From the sequence record SRR2962707_526: DNA of 64,000 nucleotides. One strand, given 5' to 3'. This document shows positions 1 to 9,666 of this stretch, piece by piece. The notes under the pieces are model-generated. The model was not told where the DNA came from. It saw nothing but the letters and a program-made list of their open reading frames with translations, and made no database searches. The position numbers were made by a program, and so were the translations under genes. Positions within the stretch are counted from its first letter, which is position 1; the number at the start of each line of letters is the position of its first letter.

Positions 1-39
1 AAGTTCTTGATAAGTTTCCTGATAAGTTCTATTAGGTAA

Positions 40-786
40 TCACAGTCTGGCGGCAATGATGGGGTAGTCATCCAGTTGGATGATTTGTGAATTGACGTTG
101 AAGATGTCTTGTATGAGTTGCTGGTCAATAATATGTCTCGGTTCGCCATAGGCAAATAACTCGCCGTTGTGCAGTGCTGCGACTTTGTGAGAATACTGGA
201 TGGCTAAGTTCAGGTCGTGCATAACCATGATGGCGCAGGCGTTATTGTGTTTTGTGTAGCATTTAACGAACTCTAGCAGCTTGAACTGGTTGTGCATGTC
301 GAGGGCGGCGGTGGGTTCGTCTAACACCAATACTTTCGGCGTGTTTATCACGGCTTGCGCGAGCCCTACCATTTGGCTTTCACCGCCAGAAAGCTCCGCG
401 CAGATTTTATTCGCCAGCGACATAATGCCGATACTTTCCAATAAGGCGAGCACCTTTTCTGCGCTGTTGGCTTTCGTGAAAAGCGAATTTGAGCCAACGT
501 GCATCGTTGTGATCAGCAGCTCAAGTACCGTGATATTGGCGGCGACACGATGGTCTTGTGGCAGATAGCCGATGTCGTCCAGCGCCAATGGCTTTCCTGC
601 GAACAAAACCGACTGAGTATCAAGGCGAATGCGTTTGGTGATTTGTTTGAGTACGGTTGATTTGCCCGCGCCATTTTTGCCAATTAACGAGACCATCTCC
701 CCAGGGTAGATTTCTGGGATGCTCATGTTGTTTAAAATGACGTTGTTGCCAAAGGAAACACACAGACGGTTGATTTTAAGCGTCAT
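40..786 (-). CDS. Iron/siderophore ABC transporter ATP-binding subunit (FecE/YiuC-like)
   Basis: Walker A GKNGAGKST, signature LSGGE, Walker B LVLDEPT, H-loop MHDLN; 1-nt overlap with the permease stop. Confidence 0.92.
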   Translation of the reverse strand: MTLKINRLCVSFGNNVILNNMSIPEIYPGEMVSLIGKNGAGKSTVLKQITKRIRLDTQSVLFAGKPLALDDIGYLPQDHRVAANITVLELLITTMHVGSNSLFTKANSAEKVLALLESIGIMSLANKICAELSGGESQMVGLAQAVINTPKVLVLDEPTAALDMHNQFKLLEFVKCYTKHNNACAIMVMHDLNLAIQYSHKVAALHNGELFAYGEPRHIIDQQLIQDIFNVNSQIIQLDDYPIIAARL

Positions 787-1898
787 TAGAATTTTCCTCC
801 TTTTTTGATGATCAAGAAGATAAAGAAGGGAATGCCCACCATCGACATCATCACGGTTAATGGCAATATGATGCCCGGCATAATTGATTTACTGGCAATG
901 GAAGCAAGCTCAAGCAATACCGCGCCGAGTAAGAAAGAAGCGGGCAAGAAAAAGCGCTGATCTTCACCTAAAACCATGCGCGCAATGTGCGGAGCGACTA
1001 GACCAACAAAGCCAATGGCGCCAACAAACGCGACGGACAACGAGGTGATTAATGACACCAGTAGCAGTGTTTTAATGCGCAGGCGCTTAACATTGATGCC
1101 CATGGATTCTGCTCGTTCTATGCCGACTTTTAAGGATGACAGTTTCCATGAGTCCTTCATCATGATGGCCAAAACGATGGGCAGCAAAATGGCTAAAATA
1201 GCGATTTTGTCCCAGCTTCCACGATCTAATGAGCCCAGGTGCCAAAACACTAAGGTTTGCAGCTGTGTCTCGGTCGCAATGTATTGCATCATGGTCAACA
1301 AGCCTTCGTAGGCGAACATGATAGCCACCCCAAACAACATCACGCCTTCAATGGATATGCGTTTGATGGACGAAATGCCAGCAATCATAAAGGTGGTTAA
1401 CAAACACATGACAAAGGCCATCGCCGCCACTTGATATTGCTGAGGAATAAATGGCACAGCAATAATGTTTGTGATGACCAGAGACGCGCCAAAGCCAGCC
1501 GCCGCCGAAACGCCAAAGGTGTAGGGATCAGCCAATGGGTTGTTTAATGTGGTTTGCATCTGAGCGCCAGCAATGGCGAGGGCGCCGCCCACGAATGGCG
1601 CCATTAGAGACATCGGCATGCGAATGTCCCAAATGATCGTTCGACTGGCAATGTCGCTGGAGCTTGGGAAGAAAATGCCGTGAATCACTTGTGTGAAAGT
1701 GAGCCCATGGGAGCCGATAAGAATGTCTGCAATGAGCCCCACAATGCTTAATAAGAAAAACACACAAAGGGCCAGTTTTTTCCTTTTCAGGCGTAAGTGA
1801 TGCAGCGCGAGTGCAGAACTTAACTCTGTATTGTGTGTTTTTTGCGCCAACTCGTTGGTGTGTTCTATGGCGTCTGAAGCGAAACCCATGTCACTCAT
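786..1898 (-). CDS. FecCD-family iron ABC transporter permease
   Basis: IWDIRMP, NPLADPYTFGVSAAA and IGFVGLVAPH motifs; many hydrophobic helices; TAATG coupling to both neighbours. Confidence 0.92.
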   Translation of the reverse strand: MSDMGFASDAIEHTNELAQKTHNTELSSALALHHLRLKRKKLALCVFFLLSIVGLIADILIGSHGLTFTQVIHGIFFPSSSDIASRTIIWDIRMPMSLMAPFVGGALAIAGAQMQTTLNNPLADPYTFGVSAAAGFGASLVITNIIAVPFIPQQYQVAAMAFVMCLLTTFMIAGISSIKRISIEGVMLFGVAIMFAYEGLLTMMQYIATETQLQTLVFWHLGSLDRGSWDKIAILAILLPIVLAIMMKDSWKLSSLKVGIERAESMGINVKRLRIKTLLLVSLITSLSVAFVGAIGFVGLVAPHIARMVLGEDQRFFLPASFLLGAVLLELASIASKSIMPGIILPLTVMMSMVGIPFFIFLIIKKGGKF

Positions 1899-3073
1899 TA
1901 TTGCATGGCCTCAGTGTTGTTCTGCCCGAATATGCCGGCCACTTTACGATGCCCAAAGCGTAAATTCATTTCTTCAAACGTGTGCTCAGGATCAAGGTCT
2001 TTAAATTGCTCAGGGTGAAGCCATTTCGCAAAGTATTCAATGGCGACTAGGTTATAAGGTGAGTTGTAAAAAGGCATGTAGATCGAATAAACATCGTGAT
2101 TTTGATACGCCTTGGTGGCTTTGAGAAAAGGCCTGTTCATTAATTCGCTGGTCGCTTTTTTGATGCCATCCTTGTGGACAGGGCCGTACCCTAAAGGGAT
2201 GCCAGCGGTGGCATTACCGTCTTTATCAATCCATCCGGTCGATTGCATGATGTACACATCAGGTTGATCTACTATGATGCTTTCTGCCGACATTTGGCCA
2301 GTAACAGCGCCTTTTAATGGTTTTTCGGCGATATTCGTCGCACCTAGATAAGGGATATAAGCCCCCATGTTGCCCGTAGCAAAAGTCCGGCAGCATGATG
2401 TGTTATAACCAGCCGCACGCTCTATAAAGACTTTTTTGTGTTTTTCGCTTTCTGGCAAAGAGGCAATGGTGTCGGTAATGGCTTTGATGTGTTCTTGGTA
2501 GTAATCAGCAAAGTGCTGGCCTTGTTCTTTTCGCCCTAAAGCGGTGGCAAGGCTTGTGACAGACTGTAGCGTGTTTTTAATCGGATGTTCTCGGAAATCG
2601 ACCGCGAGTACTTTAATGCCTGCTTTGTCTAACTTTTTAAGCAGGCCTTTTTCTTCTGCTATTTTGATGTTGGCTAGGTCGACGACAAACAAATCAGGTT
2701 TGTGGGTCATATTGATAAAACGTTCAGTGTCGAATTCGCTGGTTTGAATCTTGCCTATTTTCATTAGGTTTTTAAGTTCAGGATACACTTTGGTGTAGTT
2801 GGAATACATGCTTGGAGCGGATAGGCGCATATCATCACGCCAAACAACAAGGTGTTTGATGGCATCTTTCTGATACATAATTTCAAGCAATGGCATTAAT
2901 CGACCAGTGGAAAGTGCGATATTTTCTGGTTGGCTATTGATGGTAATAGTGCGGCCTGCGACATCGGTAACTGTGACTGGAAAGGTGTCAGCCAGTGCGA
3001 TGTGAGAGGTAATCGCGCAGAGGCTTGTGATAAGAGTGTTGAATACGCGTCGCGTGCAGCTGGATTGTCCCAT
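1898..3073 (-). CDS. Periplasmic iron/siderophore-binding protein (TroA-like, YiuA-like)
   Basis: Signal peptide ending ALA, FPVTVTDVAGRTITI start, CCRTF..GNMG, AIEYFAKWLHPEQF; first gene of the ABC operon. Confidence 0.85.
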   Translation of the reverse strand: MGQSSCTRRVFNTLITSLCAITSHIALADTFPVTVTDVAGRTITINSQPENIALSTGRLMPLLEIMYQKDAIKHLVVWRDDMRLSAPSMYSNYTKVYPELKNLMKIGKIQTSEFDTERFINMTHKPDLFVVDLANIKIAEEKGLLKKLDKAGIKVLAVDFREHPIKNTLQSVTSLATALGRKEQGQHFADYYQEHIKAITDTIASLPESEKHKKVFIERAAGYNTSCCRTFATGNMGAYIPYLGATNIAEKPLKGAVTGQMSAESIIVDQPDVYIMQSTGWIDKDGNATAGIPLGYGPVHKDGIKKATSELMNRPFLKATKAYQNHDVYSIYMPFYNSPYNLVAIEYFAKWLHPEQFKDLDPEHTFEEMNLRFGHRKVAGIFGQNNTEAMQ

Positions 3074-3118
3074 GAAAGTATCACCTTAAGAATGACCGTG
3101 GTTGGAAGTGGTGTTTAT

Positions 3119-3137
3119 GATAATGAATTTCATTAAC
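3119..3137. promoter_or_regulatory. Fur box
   Basis: GATAATGAATTTCATTAAC; the reverse complement matches GATAATGATAATCATTATC at 16/19; perfect 7-1-7 core TAATGAA-T-TTCATTA; 45 nt upstream of the iron ABC operon start. Confidence 0.85.
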
Positions 3138-3303
3138 ATCTTCAATGTAACTTTATGTAAACAGGTATAAGTTTATTGAAGAGCAAAATGTCTTCTATGG
3201 ACGTGCTGTATGGCTGGCTTGTTTTATGGCGGGCAGGCAAAGGTGATCATGTATTCGTAAAAGAGGTATCGCAGAAAGCGATTGTTGGCTTGTAACGTGC
3301 GCA

Positions 3304-3341
3304 AAAACAAAAAAGGAGCCTATTGGCTCCTTTTTTGTTTT
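3304..3341 (-). terminator. Intrinsic terminator after pssA (symmetric A/T tails)
   Basis: Perfect 17-bp inverted repeat AAAACAAAAAAGGAGCC-tatt-GGCTCCTTTTTTGTTTT. Confidence 0.85.
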
Positions 3342-3350
3342 CTTCGTGTA

Positions 3351-4688
3351 TTACAAAATGCGTTTTAGCAGGCGGTCGGCTCTGGTGCGAATAACCCGTC
3401 TTAGTAATCGCTTTACCCTAGTAGGGTAGTGTCGAATGCTTTCAAGCTGGCGGTAGCTTTCAACCCGTTTTGTGTGGGTCAGTATATTATCGAATTCGGC
3501 ACTGAATTTTTCTTCTAGTAGACCTTCAGGGTCTTGAATAAAAAGACCGTTTTCAAGATCTAATGTCCAGGCTCTTGGGTTGATGTTGTTGCCTGTGAGC
3601 AGCATGGCTTGTCGATCGATCCAAATGCCTTTTAGATGGTAGCTGTTGGTGTCGTGCTTCCAGAGGTGAATGGAAAGATCGCCAGATTGGATGTAACTCT
3701 CATTGGCGCGGGCGAAACGACGCAGCGTTATTTCATAAAGGTAAGGCAGCCCGCCAATGACTTTAAAAGGTTGCTCTGGCGAAATGTAAAAGTCGTTCGC
3801 CGTTTTATCGCCAATAATAACATGCACTTTTACACCGCGTTTGATCGCTCTTTTTACTTCTCTAATGACGGTTTTTGGAGGATTGAAATACGGCGTACAG
3901 AGGTAAATCTCTTGCTGTGCAGAAGCCAGTAATTGGACGATGGTCTGGTTTAGCTTGTTGTTTCGTTTACCGACACCCAGTAGTGGTGTGATGGCCACCT
4001 GACCTTTTTCTATGGCTTCATGAGCGACTGAGTAGCTCGCTTTTGATAAGGACAAACGAAAGCGTTTAATGGTCGCTCTGAGTTCTTTGGTGGTCGGCAG
4101 GGTTGTTTGAGAGAGATCGTGCACAGCAGGGTGGTCGATCATTTTTTGACGGATAAAGTCCGTCATGCTGTTTGCCAGAGAAGCGTTCTCGATCACATGA
4201 TAGCGGTCAAAACGGTAGCGTTCTTGGTAATGCAGGTAGATGTTATTTAAGCTGGCGCCACTGTAAATGACAGTGTCATCAATAATGAAACCTTTTAAGT
4301 GCAGCACCCCAAAGACTTCTCGGTTGCGTACCGGAATCCCATACACTGAGATTTTATGTTCATAGCGCTTTGCATACTCTTGATAGAAAGCCGCATTGCC
4401 TGTGCTTTTATCGGCGCCGATAAGACCACGTTGCGCTCGATGCCAATCGACACAGATTGCAATATCAAGGTTTGGATTCTGCTGCTTCGCTTGATAAACA
4501 GCGGACAAGACTTCGCGTCCTGCTTCATCATTTTCCAGATAAAGAGCGGTTAAATAAATACGCTGTTTGGCGTTTTTAATGGCATCAAGTAACTGCTCAC
4601 GAAAACACTGGGCAGAATGCAGTATTTGAAACTGATCGGGATGAAGCGAAAAAGTGGGCAATGAATCAAATGAAGATCTAATTGGCAT
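3351..4688 (-). CDS. pssA: CDP-diacylglycerol--serine O-phosphatidyltransferase (type I, PLD superfamily)
   Basis: Two HKD motifs (VLHLKGFIIDD, YHLKGIWID), DWHRAQRGLIG, YSGASLN, basic C-terminal tail. Confidence 0.93.
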   Translation of the reverse strand: MPIRSSFDSLPTFSLHPDQFQILHSAQCFREQLLDAIKNAKQRIYLTALYLENDEAGREVLSAVYQAKQQNPNLDIAICVDWHRAQRGLIGADKSTGNAAFYQEYAKRYEHKISVYGIPVRNREVFGVLHLKGFIIDDTVIYSGASLNNIYLHYQERYRFDRYHVIENASLANSMTDFIRQKMIDHPAVHDLSQTTLPTTKELRATIKRFRLSLSKASYSVAHEAIEKGQVAITPLLGVGKRNNKLNQTIVQLLASAQQEIYLCTPYFNPPKTVIREVKRAIKRGVKVHVIIGDKTANDFYISPEQPFKVIGGLPYLYEITLRRFARANESYIQSGDLSIHLWKHDTNSYHLKGIWIDRQAMLLTGNNINPRAWTLDLENGLFIQDPEGLLEEKFSAEFDNILTHTKRVESYRQLESIRHYPTRVKRLLRRVIRTRADRLLKRIL

Positions 4689-4995
4689 GATACCGGTAGG
4701 CTACCTTTTATATTGTGCTAACGAATAACTATAACAAAACCGTAAATTTTTGCCCATAAAATAAGGGTTTGCTTTACTTTTAATTTTCAAACGTACTTAT
4801 TTTTTAAGCAAAAGAGAAGGCTTTTCGGGGGCTAAAAAAGACACCTATTGAGTCTGTTAAGACGTCACAAGAGAGTAGGTAGGAGAGTGTGAGAGTGTCT
4901 TTATGACAGATGGGCTAATTCCTTGTGATGTGTCTTGTATAGAAAACGGATAATCGCTAGATTGGTCATAAGGTCACTAAAAGAAAGGACACGAA

Positions 4996-6729
4996 ATGTT
5001 ACCTGATGACGTTATAAAACGCGCGCAACGAGTGCTTATCCATGGGAAAGGGGATGGTAATGTGCTGTTTTCTCATGAAGGCTTAAGCCTTTGGGGAGGC
5101 GTAGACCCACACACCAGTGAGGTCATAGATCGTCATCATCCGTTATCTGGTCAACGCTTGGCTGGCAATGTTTTAGCCATTCCATGCGGGCGTGGGTCTT
5201 GTACCGGCAGCGGCGTGCTGATGGAGCTGATGTTAAAAGGCTTAGCGCCTTCCGCCATTATTATTAATCAGCCAGAAGACATTTTGACCTTGGGCGTCTT
5301 GGTGGCAGAAGAAATGTTTGCTTGCTCTATTCCTGTTATCGCGCTTTCCAGTGCGGACTTTAATGCGCTAGAACAAGTGACTTGGCTGTCTGTATCGGGC
5401 GACCAATGGAGCGCCAGTGAGACGCTGCCCGAGGTTGATAATCCTGCTCGACCCTCTTCACTTCGATTGTCTGAGTTCGACCTCGCGTGTTTGCAGGGTG
5501 AGCATGGCAAGGCGCATCAAGCCGCTATGCGGATTATTACCCGCATGGCAGAGCTGCAGGGAGCGCCGTGTTTATTGGATATTTCTCAAGCCCACATAGA
5601 CGGGTGCATTTACACGGGGGAAGCCGGGCTGCGCTTTGCTCAAACCTTGGTGGAATGGGGCGCAAAGGTCTCGGTACCAACATCGTTAAACTCAATTTCA
5701 GTGGATCGTCAGCGTTGGCAACAACAAGCCGTACCTACGGAGTTTGCCAAAGCGGCCAATGATCTCGCTGATGCCTATTTGAACATGGGGTGCTCGGCGA
5801 CTTATACCTGTGCGCCGTATTTATTGGAAGGCGCGCCACAGCAAGGGGCGCAAATTGCTTGGGCAGAATCCAATGCGGTGGTGTTTGCCAACAGTGTGTT
5901 GGGCGCTCGATCGTTAAAATACCCAGATTATTTAGACATTTGCATGGCCATTACGGGGCGAGCGCCATACATTGGTTGTCATCTAGAGAGCGAACGAAAA
6001 GCCCGCTATGTGGTAAAGGTAGAGAAGCCTGCGCAGGCCGATGAAGCTTTTTACCCTTTGCTAGGCTACTGGCTTGGCAAGCACAGTCATGGTCGTATTC
6101 CTGCGGTTGTCGGTTTAGCAACGGCGGGGGTGACGCTTGATGATTTAAAAGCCTTGGGGGCTGCGTTTGCGACCACGTCATCGGCGCCCATGTTTCATAT
6201 CGTAGGTGTGACACCAGAGGCTGTGACGCTCGACGCTGTCATTGCTTCGCAAGAAGCGCCAGTAATGGCGGTCGATGACACTGAGTTGGCCAAGATTTGG
6301 CGGTCATTGAATTCTACTGACGCGGAGCGCATTGCGATGGTGTGTTTGGGCAATCCGCATTTTTCACTCAGTGAAATTGAGCGCTTAGCTGGCTTGGTGT
6401 TAGGCAAAGAAAAAGCGCCAGAGACGCGTCTGGTGATCACGTGCAGTCGAGTCATTTATGAGCACGCGCAAGCCCATGTCTCTACCTTGACGGAGTTTGG
6501 TGTGGAGTGGATCACAGATACCTGCTGGTGCATGATAGATAAACCCATTTTGCCGACAGAAGAGCACACCATGATGACAAATTCCGCTAAGTACGCACAT
6601 TATGGGCCTGGTATTTCAGGGTGTGGCGTGCGTTTTGGCAGTTTAGAAGAGTGTGTGCAAGCCGCACTGACCAGTCAGCAAGTGTTTGCGTTGCCACAGT
6701 GGCTAGTGGCGTCCCACGATAGTCTATGA
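4996..6729 (+). CDS. Fused aconitase X (swivel + catalytic domains), cis-3-hydroxy-L-proline dehydratase-like
   Basis: LSLWGGVDP, GRGSCTGS, AHIDGCIY, TCAPY, WAESNAV, GNPH, DTCWCM, TNSAKYAHY. Confidence 0.85.
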   Translation: MLPDDVIKRAQRVLIHGKGDGNVLFSHEGLSLWGGVDPHTSEVIDRHHPLSGQRLAGNVLAIPCGRGSCTGSGVLMELMLKGLAPSAIIINQPEDILTLGVLVAEEMFACSIPVIALSSADFNALEQVTWLSVSGDQWSASETLPEVDNPARPSSLRLSEFDLACLQGEHGKAHQAAMRIITRMAELQGAPCLLDISQAHIDGCIYTGEAGLRFAQTLVEWGAKVSVPTSLNSISVDRQRWQQQAVPTEFAKAANDLADAYLNMGCSATYTCAPYLLEGAPQQGAQIAWAESNAVVFANSVLGARSLKYPDYLDICMAITGRAPYIGCHLESERKARYVVKVEKPAQADEAFYPLLGYWLGKHSHGRIPAVVGLATAGVTLDDLKALGAAFATTSSAPMFHIVGVTPEAVTLDAVIASQEAPVMAVDDTELAKIWRSLNSTDAERIAMVCLGNPHFSLSEIERLAGLVLGKEKAPETRLVITCSRVIYEHAQAHVSTLTEFGVEWITDTCWCMIDKPILPTEEHTMMTNSAKYAHYGPGISGCGVRFGSLEECVQAALTSQQVFALPQWLVASHDSL

Positions 6730-6773
6730 TTTAACGTTTAAATGGCATTTTATTTGAGTGGTTTTTTGGAGGC

Positions 6774-7280
6774 ATGATGGAAATTCGGAAAGTTAAATTC
6801 ACTGATGTTGAGCAAATTACGGCGATTTATAATTTCTATGTCGAAAATACCCAAGTAACTTTTGAAGAGGAGTGCGCTACCCCAGACGAGATGCACTCAC
6901 GGGTTGAAAAAGTGATTCAGCGTGACCTGCCATGGCTGGTGCTGGAAAACGAAGAAGGGGAGGTGTTGGGCTATGCCTATGCGTCACCCTGGCACAATCG
7001 CAGTGCTTATCGGTTTACCGTGGAAGCGACGGTTTACCTTATGCCAGAAGTGCAAGGGCAAGGCTACGGAACCATCTTATACGAAGCTTTATTAGCCTTG
7101 CTGCATAAAAAAGACATTAAAAGTGTCTTGGGCGTGATTGCGCTGCCAAATGAAGCAAGCATAGCGCTGCATGAGGCATTGGGCTTTGAAAAAGTAGGTG
7201 AATTTGCTGAGGTAGGCTTTAAATTCCAACAGTGGATCAGTGTTGGTTATTGGCAGTTGATACTAGAGCAAAATGACTAA
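6774..7280 (+). CDS. GNAT N-acetyltransferase, phosphinothricin acetyltransferase (Pat/YncA/ArsN1)-like
   Basis: IYNFYV..TFEE, GYAYA, RSAYRFTVE, QGQGYG, NEASIALHEALGF, EVGFKF. Confidence 0.85.
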   Translation: MMEIRKVKFTDVEQITAIYNFYVENTQVTFEEECATPDEMHSRVEKVIQRDLPWLVLENEEGEVLGYAYASPWHNRSAYRFTVEATVYLMPEVQGQGYGTILYEALLALLHKKDIKSVLGVIALPNEASIALHEALGFEKVGEFAEVGFKFQQWISVGYWQLILEQND

Positions 7281-7284
7281 ATGA

Positions 7285-7321
7285 TGGCATCAAACGCTGA
7301 GTCATGACGCGTTTGATGCCA
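7285..7321. terminator. Hairpin between convergent genes
   Basis: 13-bp inverted repeat TGGCATCAAACGC ... GCGTTTGATGCCA; no long U tract. Confidence 0.6.
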
Positions 7322-7338
7322 AGTTTAAATGGTCTAGA

Positions 7339-8586
7339 TTAGCCGACTAGCGCTTGCAGCTTTTGGCAGAATATCAGCACTTCTTCTTGGGTGTTGTAAT
7401 GCAAGCAGCCTACGCGAACCACGCCGCCCTTGTCGGTAATGTCCAATTGATCATACAGGCCTTGCGCATAAAAATTGCCATCCCAAAGGCAAATCGCCTG
7501 CTCACCAAAAAATTCAGACACGGCACGGGGTTCAATGCCTTTTATTCGAAAGGCAATGGTCGGGGTACGCGCTGATAAACGATCTAATGATTCAATCCCG
7601 TATAGCGTTAGACTGGGGATTTTCGTTAGCTCTTGGATAAGTGTTTGGCTTAGGGCTTCTTCGTGCTTTTTGATTTGTTCAAAAGCAGACAATAAGCGCG
7701 CTCGTCGGTCACCCTCTTGCTCACCTAACGACGCCAAATAATCGATGCAAGCAAGGTAACCCGCCATTGCTTCGTAGTTTTGAGTGCCTGTTTCCCAGCG
7801 ATTAGGGTCAATGTTTTTAGCCGGTGCCACTTTATAAGGCGTGAGTTGAGAGAGGGTACTTGCTTTGGCATACAAGACCCCTAAATGTGGCCCAAAATAC
7901 TTGTAGGCCGATGACACTAGAAAGTCGCAATCCAACGCTTGTACGTCAATGGCGTGGTGCGGAGCATAATGCACCGCGTCTAAATAAGTGATGGCGTTTG
8001 TGTGTGTTTTGATTAACGTCATGACCTCGTTAAGCGGCACGATAGACCCGGTCACGTTAGAGGCGCAAGTGAACGCAACAAGGCGTGTTTTGCTGTTCAG
8101 CAGGCTTTCTAAATGAGCCAGATCCAGGGTGCAATCGGTTTCGTTGACCTGCACATAATGAACAAGCACGCCTTTTTCTTCAGCCAATAAAACCCACGGC
8201 GACACATTCGAGTAATGGTCTAGGTTCGTGACAATGATTTCATCGCCCGCTTGCCATTCTCTGGCAATGGCACGACTCATGTGAAAGTTGATGCTGGTGG
8301 CATTTGCACCAAAAATAATCTCTTGTTCGCTGCTTGCGTTGTACAAATCTTTGGCGGCCAAGCGAGCTTGATGCATCACCTTTTCTGTTTCTTTGCTTGA
8401 GAAATACGCACCCCCTAAATTGGCGTTAAAATGGCCAAGATATTCTTGCATGGCGTTCAGTACACCGAGACTGACTTGGGAGCCACCAGGACCATCTAAG
8501 AAAATGGCGGATTGACCGTTATGTTGGTAATTTAGCGCCGGAAATAAAGCGCGGCATTGGTCTAGATGATGCATTTTTTTCTCCAT
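7339..8586 (-). CDS. Class V PLP-dependent enzyme, 'cysteine desulfurase-like' (VC1184-type) subfamily
   Basis: FLDGPGGSQV, LDHYSN, ASNVTG, DAVHYAPH, SAYKYFGPH (PLP lysine), ETGT, GNFYA. Confidence 0.85.
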   Translation of the reverse strand: MEKKMHHLDQCRALFPALNYQHNGQSAIFLDGPGGSQVSLGVLNAMQEYLGHFNANLGGAYFSSKETEKVMHQARLAAKDLYNASSEQEIIFGANATSINFHMSRAIAREWQAGDEIIVTNLDHYSNVSPWVLLAEEKGVLVHYVQVNETDCTLDLAHLESLLNSKTRLVAFTCASNVTGSIVPLNEVMTLIKTHTNAITYLDAVHYAPHHAIDVQALDCDFLVSSAYKYFGPHLGVLYAKASTLSQLTPYKVAPAKNIDPNRWETGTQNYEAMAGYLACIDYLASLGEQEGDRRARLLSAFEQIKKHEEALSQTLIQELTKIPSLTLYGIESLDRLSARTPTIAFRIKGIEPRAVSEFFGEQAICLWDGNFYAQGLYDQLDITDKGGVVRVGCLHYNTQEEVLIFCQKLQALVG

Positions 8587-8615
8587 GATGAGGTGCGTTC
8601 AAAGGTGTTGTCGTA

Positions 8616-9266
8616 TTAATGAACGAGATTTGCTGTCAGAACAAAAAGGTCCATATAACCAAAGTCACCATCGACGGGTTTAATCGGATGAGCGCTGTGA
8701 AAAAACTTGCGGTCGTTTAGTACCACAAACTCGCCTTGGTCAAAGTCGTGGCTAATCATGGCAGGGCTTTTCTTATCAAGATGGATATTGATGTTGCCAC
8801 CTTGGATATTATGGCGCTGCATGACATAGATGCCGATGCGATCAAAACCGTCTTGGTGAACCCCTTCTGGTGCGACTTCCGCTCTTTTATGATCGGCAAA
8901 AATACGCATCTGATGGACCTCAATCGGCGTGTCGTCTTGGACATTCGCCATTTTTTGAAAGTGATCAAACAGCTCAACAAAAGCTGGGTCTTCAAATGTT
9001 TGATCTTCAATTTCCGGATAAACACGAACCACATTACCTTGAAAGTGATTAATGCTCTCATCTTGTACAAAGGCTTGCGCAGAAAGGCGGGATAGACGGT
9101 GGTTGTTCATTACAAAGCGCGAGTAACGGCGTAGTCGAAACGCGCCATCAGCGTAAGGGCTCGCTGGCAAGTTGCTAAATGACGACGTGAGGTGATTAAC
9201 ACTGTCTGGCGTCAGTTGGCCAAGTTCAAGGTAAAAATTGTCTAGCGTAGTCTTGTCAGTAAGCAT
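8616..9266 (-). CDS. 2OG-Fe(II) dioxygenase, PF10014 (IDO/BsmA-like) family
   Basis: FRLRRYSRF, EVHQMRI, APEGVHQDG (HxD), distal His in NDRKFFHSAHPI; 29 nt upstream of the PLP enzyme. Confidence 0.8.
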   Translation of the reverse strand: MLTDKTTLDNFYLELGQLTPDSVNHLTSSFSNLPASPYADGAFRLRRYSRFVMNNHRLSRLSAQAFVQDESINHFQGNVVRVYPEIEDQTFEDPAFVELFDHFQKMANVQDDTPIEVHQMRIFADHKRAEVAPEGVHQDGFDRIGIYVMQRHNIQGGNINIHLDKKSPAMISHDFDQGEFVVLNDRKFFHSAHPIKPVDGDFGYMDLFVLTANLVH

Positions 9267-9666
9267 AATTCAATCCTCAATTCCGCGCATTGGCAGATCA
9301 TGCGCAATGGCATTTTTGTTGTTTTGATGAGTTATTCGCCTTGTGAGCTTATGTCTAGTGTAGCCATTCATGATCAAAAAAGTTTTGCTTTTTATGTGCT
9401 ATTTTCACCGATTAGAGGTTATTTAATTTATTAATAATTAGATATGAGAATAAAATAGTCTTCTTGTTGTTTGGGGACGGTTTGTTGAAATGATGATTTT
9501 TAGCAAGCAGATAGGCGGTGTGACAAGAGAGGAGCCCTCAAGTGCTCAGGGCGAGCCGTTGGTGTTGTTAAATAACCTACTACTTTAGTAGTAGACTTCA
9601 GACTTTATGCCTATCTAGGGTTAGGATAAGACAATATTCTAATAATAAAAACGGTAGGGAAGAATT

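Noticed and set aside
1-30. Degenerate repeat AAGTT(T)C(C/T)TGAT x2.5 at the window edge
   Set aside because: Short, imperfect and cut by the window boundary; cannot be interpreted.
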